Shown here one piece after another: positions 45,490 through 54,500 of a stretch of DNA of 64,000 bases (position 1 is the stretch's first letter; each line of letters opens with the position of its first letter). Source of the stretch: a virus (Duplodnaviria; Caudoviricetes); the IMG/VR virus record IMGVR_UViG_3300023107_000002, positions 4,746 through 68,745 of that record; one strand, 5' to 3'. The notes below the pieces were generated by a model, which was not told the DNA's origin, did no database searches, and saw only the letters and a list, made by a program, of their open reading frames with translations. The translations under genes and the position numbers were made by a program.

Positions 45490-48400
45490 TTCAGAATGAA
45501 AAGAAATATCTCAGTGATGGCATCAATGCAGATGACGCACCTTTCGTCGTGGGCAAAGGTGAACTGATCAATGCCGTAAACCACCGCTTCGGAAGTTCTG
45601 ATGACGGGGCGATAGGTTTTAATGAATCAGTGCCTGGCAATCAAGCGATCGACTCAAGTTATTTTCAACTGAACAGCGGCAGTCCTCTCGGGCAAGCAAA
45701 AGACGAAGTAAACAACCGCGTTATTGTATTTTACTATGAGCAGGCAAACAACCTGAAAGGCCAAATCTTTTGCATTGAACTTTCAACCATGACAGTCAGG
45801 CTCGTTTGTTATGACGGCCAGGTGAAAGGGGGGTTAGGTTTCACTCCATCTTCCTATATCAACGACGCATTTGTTATCAATGGCAAAGTGTACTGGGTTG
45901 AAAACGGGAACGATCCCCGGTCTTTAAACATTGATGCCGGGATAAAATCGAACGATTCGACTTATGTAACAAGTGTTGCACCGTATGAAACCATCGACCA
46001 GAACACAATTAGGCTAATCAAGAAAACGCAGAACCTGCCCCTTATGGTGCGCAAGGTTCAGGCTTCAACCATACCTGCGATCGCGTCATTCGATGGCAAT
46101 CATTTGACTGACGCTTATCAATTCTTTGTTCGTTATATCTATCGGGATAATGAACGGTCGGTTATTGGACCTTATTCAAAACTGATTGAATACAATTACA
46201 AAGACTCGCCATTAAACGCCGTAGAAATCACGTTCAACTCTGCAGAGCCAATTCATCCTGACGTACAGATCATTGAACTCGGCGTGAGGTACAACAATAT
46301 CGGCAAAGGCTACATCATCAAACAGTGGGACAAAGCAAACCCTACCGATGCTGCTGCTATTCTTTCTCACAACACAAGCGCTCCGCTTCGATATTATTTC
46401 TTAAATACTGAATCAGGAATTGCAGTTGATCCCATCGACCTGGCAAAACCATTCGATTCTATTCCGCTTCGGGCAAAAACCGCCGCTCTTGCGCGGAACA
46501 GGTATTTTCTCGGGAACAATCTATTTGGTTACAATACGCCAAAATCAACCAGTCTTGCCATTACCACTACTACGGTAGGTGGATCAGGTGGGATGCTGGC
46601 AACATGGTACACGTACAACACGAAATACAATTTACCTGGCGGTCGCAGCGTAACCATGCCAACCATTGTGGCGGACCTTGGACCTTCCGCGGCAAAGCGG
46701 TATCTCTTTTTTGAAGAAACGCAGCTGGATTATTCCATCGACATTACAAACGATGTTGGCTTAGTTAATACGTCTTTCGTTTACCCTACCTCAATTTCGA
46801 GCAGCAAGATCACTTTACAGACAGCAAATATTTCTGACATTGATTTACTCATCTCAAGACTTCGACGGGCTTTAACTGGCACCACAACTAATCTAACGCA
46901 CACTGCGCTTGTCTCATCCGGTAAGACCGTCTTGGTTATAAACAACCTTACTGCGGGACAATCTCGGACATTTAAAAGCGGGAGTGCCGTAAAAGTGGGG
47001 GTCGTATTTTTTGACGAAGACAGAAGGAAGAGTGGCGTCGTTACAAACGATACGCTTCGCAAATCATTCCCGGGCAGACAGTTTAGTCAGATTGCTTTCA
47101 ATAACATGCTCGGGTGGTCTTTATCCAACACGAACAACCTGATTGAAATTCCTGATTGGGCGAGATACTATGCCGTAGTGCATACTAAAGATCTCACAAC
47201 AGACTTCTTCTTTCAGGGTCACGCTGTTGACATTGGGTACGCCGCAAAAGATTCAGCAGGGGTGTACACGTTCAACCACTCCGCAGGTCCTGGACCGGGT
47301 GGTTTCCCGCCAGCAGTAGTAGGTGTTGGGTTGAAGATTACCGACATGATCAGCTACGGTTTGGGATACACGTATGCTCAAGGCGATTTGGTCAATCTTT
47401 ATTTTCCTGCAAGAGTGCCGGTCTTAAACGTCCCGGTTATCGGGCAATATGGCGATTGGATAATTATTGAACGGATTAACATTGGTGCGCTTGACGAAAC
47501 TGTACAAGTCATTTTCGATGTGTTTACGCCGCATAAGGAATCAGTTAACGAAGGCTATTATGAAGTAGGTGAAATCTACGAGGTGTTAGATCCCGGCACC
47601 CCAACCCGGGCTTATTCAAAGACTTCAGGGATAATAAACGGTAATGTATATGCGATCAGCCGGGCGAAGAATTCAACCGATACCATAGCCGGTTTTTTTT
47701 ATACAGCAGAGGCGATGTCGCCAAACGACAATTACTGGAAGAACTGGTGGACAGATGCGGGATGGATAAATATTGTTGATACAATCGGGCAGCAACGCAG
47801 ACCAAACTCAGTTGCATGGAGCAATATTCTAATCCCTGGCACAAAATCAAACGGCTTAAGTTCATTCGATGCGCTTGACGTAAAAGATTTGCCAGTAGAA
47901 AACGGCGAACTGAATAAACTTATACTGGCTTCAAAAGTTCAGGACGAGGGAAGCGTGATGCTTGCCATTGGCCGAAACGAGACAGCCAGCATGTACTTGG
48001 GCGAAACGCAAGTTATCGACTCAGTCGGATCTTTGTCACTCACCGCAAGTTCTGCAGGTGTTATCGGAACAATCAATAACCTGAAAGGATCATTCGGAAC
48101 GGTCAACCCTGAATCAGTAAAAGAGCATCAGGGTATTGTTACCTGGTTCGATGTGTTGAAAGGGAAACTTATTCAATATTCCAGCAACGGATTAACACCC
48201 ATCAGCGATTACAAATTCACGAAATTTTTCCGGAAATACGCGAGGAAATATGTTCAGAACAACAGCACTTACAAGATTATAGGCGGGATTGATCCAACAT
48301 CGGATGAATACCTGCTCTCTATGATCAGCGAAGAAGATACAGGCTTTTCAGGGCTGTTGCCTACAACTGGGCTGCCAAATGAATTCGATTTGTATGATGG

Positions 48401-48938
48401 CAAAACAAAAACACTTGGCTTTAAAATGGGCATGCAGAGATTTATTTCATCTTACCCATTTTATTACCAGATGATTATCAATTCCGGAACGCAGATGTAC
48501 ACGTTCATGCGAAGCCGGTTATTCAAACACTCTGATTCTCTTGTTCCGGATAATAATTTTGATGAACAGCAGTACACTACTAAGTTGATGTTTCTGGCAA
48601 ACACTGACCCAAACAGGGTGAAAGTGTACAGCAACATTGCGATTGAAGCGAACATGCCTCCGGTCAGAGCGATCTTTTATTCTCTTGATCCGAATGAGCA
48701 AATCACCGACTTGGTTGAATCTGATTTCATCCTGAAGGAAGGCGTTTATTACGCCAATCTGTATCGGGATCGCTTGTCACCAAACGTCACAGGGTCTGCA
48801 GATCAGAAACTATACACAGGCGACAAGATCAGGTCAACAGCTCTCAAGGTTCAATTGGAATTTGCCACAGCGACAAAGAAACTGCAACTCAAATTCGTAA
48901 ACATAGGGTATCACATTTCAAAAGGACATTCAACTTAA
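45486..48938 (+). CDS. Tail nozzle/stabilisation protein
   Basis: 1150 aa, beta-rich; podovirus-type position; YGTV-like FGTVNPES..WFD C-terminal region. Confidence 0.7.
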   Translation: MIQNEKKYLSDGINADDAPFVVGKGELINAVNHRFGSSDDGAIGFNESVPGNQAIDSSYFQLNSGSPLGQAKDEVNNRVIVFYYEQANNLKGQIFCIELSTMTVRLVCYDGQVKGGLGFTPSSYINDAFVINGKVYWVENGNDPRSLNIDAGIKSNDSTYVTSVAPYETIDQNTIRLIKKTQNLPLMVRKVQASTIPAIASFDGNHLTDAYQFFVRYIYRDNERSVIGPYSKLIEYNYKDSPLNAVEITFNSAEPIHPDVQIIELGVRYNNIGKGYIIKQWDKANPTDAAAILSHNTSAPLRYYFLNTESGIAVDPIDLAKPFDSIPLRAKTAALARNRYFLGNNLFGYNTPKSTSLAITTTTVGGSGGMLATWYTYNTKYNLPGGRSVTMPTIVADLGPSAAKRYLFFEETQLDYSIDITNDVGLVNTSFVYPTSISSSKITLQTANISDIDLLISRLRRALTGTTTNLTHTALVSSGKTVLVINNLTAGQSRTFKSGSAVKVGVVFFDEDRRKSGVVTNDTLRKSFPGRQFSQIAFNNMLGWSLSNTNNLIEIPDWARYYAVVHTKDLTTDFFFQGHAVDIGYAAKDSAGVYTFNHSAGPGPGGFPPAVVGVGLKITDMISYGLGYTYAQGDLVNLYFPARVPVLNVPVIGQYGDWIIIERINIGALDETVQVIFDVFTPHKESVNEGYYEVGEIYEVLDPGTPTRAYSKTSGIINGNVYAISRAKNSTDTIAGFFYTAEAMSPNDNYWKNWWTDAGWINIVDTIGQQRRPNSVAWSNILIPGTKSNGLSSFDALDVKDLPVENGELNKLILASKVQDEGSVMLAIGRNETASMYLGETQVIDSVGSLSLTASSAGVIGTINNLKGSFGTVNPESVKEHQGIVTWFDVLKGKLIQYSSNGLTPISDYKFTKFFRKYARKYVQNNSTYKIIGGIDPTSDEYLLSMISEEDTGFSGLLPTTGLPNEFDLYDGKTKTLGFKMGMQRFISSYPFYYQMIINSGTQMYTFMRSRLFKHSDSLVPDNNFDEQQYTTKLMFLANTDPNRVKVYSNIAIEANMPPVRAIFYSLDPNEQITDLVESDFILKEGVYYANLYRDRLSPNVTGSADQKLYTGDKIRSTALKVQLEFATATKKLQLKFVNIGYHISKGHST

Positions 48939-48944
48939 AATTAT

Positions 48945-49787
48945 ATGGAATTTATTTTCTGGTTCATCACGATCAACCTGTTATTGTCGTTTATTCCTAA
49001 GAGGTTTCGCTACCAACCCGATTGCCTGTTTATTGTTCCGGCGATCATGGGCGGTATTGCACTGGCCGGGGCGATTGTGAAAGGTGTGCAGGCAGCAAAA
49101 CAAAACAGCCTGGCAAACGGCATCAATCCGAACGATCCGACTTACGAGGTGTCGCCTTATGCAAAAGCGAATCTTGGACTGGCTAACTCGTTGTATAATG
49201 GCAGGATGGCCGGGGCGACTGATCTGGAAAGAAACATTCAAGGCAATCAGGCGACAACACTTGGATCGATCAACCGTAACGCAACAAGCAGTTCACAGGC
49301 TCTCGCACTCGCCGGGGCTGCACAAGGTCAAACGAACGCTGCATTATCCGGACTTCAAACAACCGAAGCACAGAACAAATACGCTCTCGCCGGTCAGGTG
49401 GCAAACGCGAACCGTGATATGGTAAACGAAGAAGGCAAAGTTTATCAGGACCAGTTGCGTAAATACCAACAGGACGTTCAGGCGAAAGCGGCATTGCGTC
49501 AAGCAGCAGCAAATAATATGTCAGGATTATTCGGTGACCTAACATCCGGCGCTATGATCGCAGGCTCGATGGGTGCGTTCGGTGGTGGTGGCGGGAACAT
49601 GGGTTTTGGTAACATTCCCAGTGCGCAGATACCCGGGTCAATGCCACTGGCAGGAATGGCAAACACGTCAGCCGCTTTAAATAATTACGGGCAACCAAGT
49701 ATGCAGGCGCCAGTTCCACAGATTTCGGCACAGAACGGCATGGTTAGTCCCGGTGGATATTTCTTTAACCCTTTTGCAAGAAGATAA
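48945..49787 (+). CDS. Internal virion/ejection protein 1 (pilot-like)
   Basis: Hydrophobic N-terminal helices; Ala/Gln/Gly-rich helical body. Confidence 0.65.
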   Translation: MEFIFWFITINLLLSFIPKRFRYQPDCLFIVPAIMGGIALAGAIVKGVQAAKQNSLANGINPNDPTYEVSPYAKANLGLANSLYNGRMAGATDLERNIQGNQATTLGSINRNATSSSQALALAGAAQGQTNAALSGLQTTEAQNKYALAGQVANANRDMVNEEGKVYQDQLRKYQQDVQAKAALRQAAANNMSGLFGDLTSGAMIAGSMGAFGGGGGNMGFGNIPSAQIPGSMPLAGMANTSAALNNYGQPSMQAPVPQISAQNGMVSPGGYFFNPFARR

Positions 49788-51509
49788 ATGGCTTACTCGA
49801 ACATTGATCAGGCAGTAACGATTCCGCAGAACCAGCAGTTAGCCGGATTTGCCCAGCAACTATATGCTCAGGGTGAACGGGACAGAAGACTTGCGCAGCA
49901 GATGGCAGAAGATGATCGCCAGCGGCAGGACACACTTGCCCGGTATGTTGGGCAAGAGTTCAACAACAAGGATTACATGACCGGGACGGTTGCTGATCCG
50001 CTCATCAATCAACGTATAGCCGACCAGAAGCAGAAGTATTTGTCGATGCTTTCTCAGAACCCTAAAATGAGCAACGCTGATCTGCAGTTCATGATGCAAA
50101 AAGACATTGGCGATTTGTCTTCTATGTCATCCGGATTAAAAAACGGAAACGCGAATATTCAGGCTCAGGCCAAAGCATTCTCAAAATATCCAGGGGTAGA
50201 TTCAAACGCTATTGAACAGATGGCAAGAGCGAGAATGCTGTATGATATTGATCCTAAGACCGGGGCAAAGAAAATGAAAGACCCGGCGACTATAGATTAC
50301 AGCAAAGATTACGTGTCGGAAGTTATTATGGAACATCCCGAAGTAATTACCAAAGGAGATTCTGGCCTACGCGCATACCTCAAAGGATTTCAATTAAGCA
50401 AAATCGGGAACTCTGAGCAATTCGAAAAAGACGGAGTAACCAGAAAGCAGGTTTACACTTTAGAAAAACCTGACTTCATGGAAGAAGTAAGAGATAAACG
50501 AGGCTGGGTGACAGGGGCAAAAGTGAGAAGCGAAAACATTGCCGGGGTTGAAGTGGCAAGCCAAGATGTTTATGAAGCGTTTAATACCGACCCTTCAACT
50601 TCCATTTATTTGCAATCACGTTTCAAGGATTGGAACAAAAACAGTAAACAAAAAATTGACCCAGCCTCACCGGAGGCTGATATTGTAAAAAGAAAAATAC
50701 TTTTTGATGAACTGCAACAAAAAGCAGTCACAAAATTTGACGCTGGCTCAACTCAAAGTAACAATACATTGGTCGATAAACAACAGATGGGCATCCCGCT
50801 TCAATCATACCGGGCGGGGTTGTCAGATGCTGCAAAACTGCTCAAAGAAAATCAGAAACTCGAAGGACTGGATACAGGACTGCTCATGCGCGGACTTGGC
50901 GGCGAAGCGACTGTACTTGAAGGTGCGCCGACTGTCGAAGTAAACGGCAGGCCACAGTACGATATGACCAGTACCATCGGCGGAATGAAGGTGGGGTATG
51001 ACAAAGAGAGAAAACCTATTTACGCGACAGGCGTTTTCGTCGATCCGATCACAAAGAAGATAACCCTACAAACAGCGGATGGCATGAAAGAATACGCTGG
51101 CAAAGATATTCGCCGGATGATCAAGCAGGTGTCAGAATATAACGGGGTAACGCTGGATAAAGCAGACAAAACCTTGAATCTGTTCATGGACAACCAGGGA
51201 AATTACAAAGGCAGCAACGGCGACCTCGCAGCATTGCAGGCACAACAAGATGTGCAGCGTCTTCAGTCGAGGAAAGAATTGCAAACGACCGCGACGCAGT
51301 TTGAATCGTCAAAAGACATTACTCAGCTCGAAGCGGTCAAGGGGCAGTCTCTCAAAAACGGGACGATTATCAAAGACTTCGGTGAACGTGGTGCCATTAA
51401 ACGGGGGCTCGGCATGGACCCATATTACATCACCCTTGAAGACGGTTCAACCAAAACATTCAAGACAGCATTTCTTCTTTCGAAATACATCAAAGACAAC
51501 CTGAAGTAA
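49788..51509 (+). CDS. Internal virion/ejection protein 2
   Basis: Gln-rich helical N-terminus; position between pilot and giant protein. Confidence 0.6.
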   Translation: MAYSNIDQAVTIPQNQQLAGFAQQLYAQGERDRRLAQQMAEDDRQRQDTLARYVGQEFNNKDYMTGTVADPLINQRIADQKQKYLSMLSQNPKMSNADLQFMMQKDIGDLSSMSSGLKNGNANIQAQAKAFSKYPGVDSNAIEQMARARMLYDIDPKTGAKKMKDPATIDYSKDYVSEVIMEHPEVITKGDSGLRAYLKGFQLSKIGNSEQFEKDGVTRKQVYTLEKPDFMEEVRDKRGWVTGAKVRSENIAGVEVASQDVYEAFNTDPSTSIYLQSRFKDWNKNSKQKIDPASPEADIVKRKILFDELQQKAVTKFDAGSTQSNNTLVDKQQMGIPLQSYRAGLSDAAKLLKENQKLEGLDTGLLMRGLGGEATVLEGAPTVEVNGRPQYDMTSTIGGMKVGYDKERKPIYATGVFVDPITKKITLQTADGMKEYAGKDIRRMIKQVSEYNGVTLDKADKTLNLFMDNQGNYKGSNGDLAALQAQQDVQRLQSRKELQTTATQFESSKDITQLEAVKGQSLKNGTIIKDFGERGAIKRGLGMDPYYITLEDGSTKTFKTAFLLSKYIKDNLK

Positions 51510-54500
51510 ATGCCAGATCCGATAAAAGATTTACAGGCCGGGCTTAGTGATGACAAACTGAAGCAGAAATACAAGATGTCAGACGACGATGTTTTTAATC
51601 TGCGCAAGTTCAGTTATGTCACAACCAAAGGCGGGGCGTCGGTAGATGATGCGCTGGAACTATACCCAACCGTATCGAAATACGTTAAACCTGCCGGTAG
51701 CAAAACACCGATTGCGTCAGAGATTGAAACATTCGATCCGAAGAATCTAAAAGTCGGCAATGATCAACCCGTTATGCCTAACGGTAAAGCGCAGCCGGAC
51801 ATCACACCTGCATTAAAAAAACAAATGCAGGACAATGCACCTGCGTTCAGTTTAGGGCAAGCCATCGCGTCGCAACCTGCCAAAGAATTGATTGCACAAG
51901 AAACGGGCGTTCCGGTTAATATGCAGCGGACGCTTGACCCGGTTGCGGCACCCGAACCGAAAGAAGATAAGCAAGCAATAAAGAATCAGGAGGATGCGGA
52001 TATACTGTACAGCACTCCGCAAGGCAGGATGTATTATGATCTGATTCAACCGATCTGGAAAACAGCAACAAAGGCTGGTGGCAACATAGCTGCTGCAGTA
52101 GTTCGCGGGTCCTCAATGGTAGTTAACCCACTTAACAAAGCGTTGGGGAATGACGAAAAATCTGCTGCTATAGCTGATGGGCTGGTTGATTATTTCGATT
52201 TTGACAGACGAGCAAAAGAAAACCGAACCGATGCAGCGATATATGCCACACCTACAAAACTGCAAGGCAATCTGATCAACGACGGCAAAGTCAGTACAAC
52301 TAAGCTGATCCCGAAAACGATTGAGAACCTAACCAACATGGCAATTCTTGTCGGCGGCGGCGGCGTAGGCAAAGGTGCGTTATTCGTGAAGTCATACCTC
52401 ATGACTGAAGAAGATTACCGCAAGCAGGGGAAAGACGCCGGACTAAAAGGCGGACAACTCGATGCGTTTGCAACCGTTGCTGCCGGTTTAACTTCCGTTC
52501 TCGAAGGCATCTCACCCAACAACGCAGCGCTTGGACAGTTTAAACCAAAACTGGTTGCCGCAGCTGTGAAAGACATTAAAGCAGGAGTAAGTGTTACGAC
52601 GGCGCTCAAACGTGCTGCAAAAGAATACGGCAGCGAGAATGCAAAAGAAGTTGGTCAGGAACTTTTTCAAAACTTCGGTGATCATGTAGTGAAGAAAGTT
52701 TCAGACGAATCTTTCGACTCGCAGTTCAATGACAACATGCAGTACAAGGACGTGCAGAAAGAAGTGCTGGAAACGGCGCTTATGACTATTCTCCCGACTA
52801 CGCTACTCATGACGCCAAGTGCCATTCGCCAGTACAGACCGAACAATCAAACAATATCATCGCTTGATTTCGCGGCAGATAATCAAGAGGTTTTTAACCA
52901 GGCTGTAGATAAATCAGTCGCGTCCGGCCAGTTCACCGATACTGATGCGCAGACAATGAAGGATAACGTTGGCCTGTATTCCACAAAGGTCAAGCAGATG
53001 CGCGAGATGGGTTATTCCCCGGACCAGTCTGCACGTATCGCCTTTGCTGCATACAAGGATGCCAAAACCAAAGTCGGCACTCAGGCAATCACTGATTCGC
53101 CGGTACTGAAAGCAACACTTGGCGCTGAAGCGAAAAAGGACGAAGAGCAGCTGCAGAACGAAGTGAAAGACGCGGCCATGGGTATTCCTGAAGTCGGAAC
53201 AGAATTGTCAGGAGTTGACTTGTCAAAAATTGTCAACAACACACCAAATAGCCCATCCACATTAGTCGATCAGATCAAAGACAAAGATTACGTAGTAGAC
53301 GAGATTGATTTGCAGGAGAAATATGACAACGATCCTGCTTTCAAATTACAGGTTGAAGCGGCCAAAGAATCAAAAGAAGATCCGGAAGGTTTGCGAACAC
53401 CTGCCATCATCGACCAGTCAGGTGAAGTGTTGGACGGAAACAAGCGACTTGCACAGCAGTTTGCGGATGGCGAGACTACAGCCAGGGTGTTCAGGGAGTT
53501 AAAAGCAGAACCCGATACTAAACCATCGGTGATTATGCCGCAGGATAATAAGCCTATTGAAACAATAACTATTCAGGCGGAAGAACCTGCCATCGGTACA
53601 ACCGATACCAGCTCTGAAACCCCATCGGAAGTAGTTGATACAGAACCAATTGAGCCTATTGACCCCGACGCGGTTGATTACGAGGCACCTGTCACCAATT
53701 ACGAAAAAGCCAAATCCATTGCGGATAAAATGAGGGCGTTTGCTTCATCCATTGAAGTTGATGCGAACGCAGCATACTCACGTCCCGACGTTATTCCACG
53801 TGCTATGCTGGCTACCGGTATTCGTCTCGCAGCCAAAGCGGTCGAAGCGGGTGGAGCCATTGCGGACGGCATTAAAGCGGCGGTTGATTACATCAAGTCG
53901 CAGAACACAGGGATGGATGATAACATGATCCGAGAAGAAGTGGTGAATGCTATCGTGGGTGCCGGGATAAAGCAAGCCCCGAAACGCACAAGCGTAAAGG
54001 CATCGATTAAAGGTGCCACGAATACAACGGTTAAAAACAAGATCGTTACTGTTGTAAATGAACTTGACGCCTTACGCAAACAGATCAAGGAGAAATACAA
54101 AACGATTGTCGCGAATGAACTCAGGGCAAACATTGATGATCTGCTGAATAAAGCCGAAGAACGGGGCGCATTTACTTCCACCGCCAAAGCAACAGCAGTA
54201 GCCAGTATCGCGCGTATTCTCAACAAAGCGACTACCCCTGCCAAATTATTGAAGGCTGTCGATAAGATCGGAAAGGTCATCGAGAATGTTGAATATGAGA
54301 AAGACCTGAACCAGGCGAATGACACCCGTTCGAAGATTGCCAAAGCGATAAAGGGAAAATCACTAACCAGAGCAGCATCCAATGTTGAAACAACCAAAGC
54401 GTTCCTTAAGATCAAGCCTGAGAATGTTTCTGACCTGGCAGCTTACAACGAGATCGCGGCAAAGGTTCTTGAAACACAGAAAGCAGCATCGGTAAAAATC

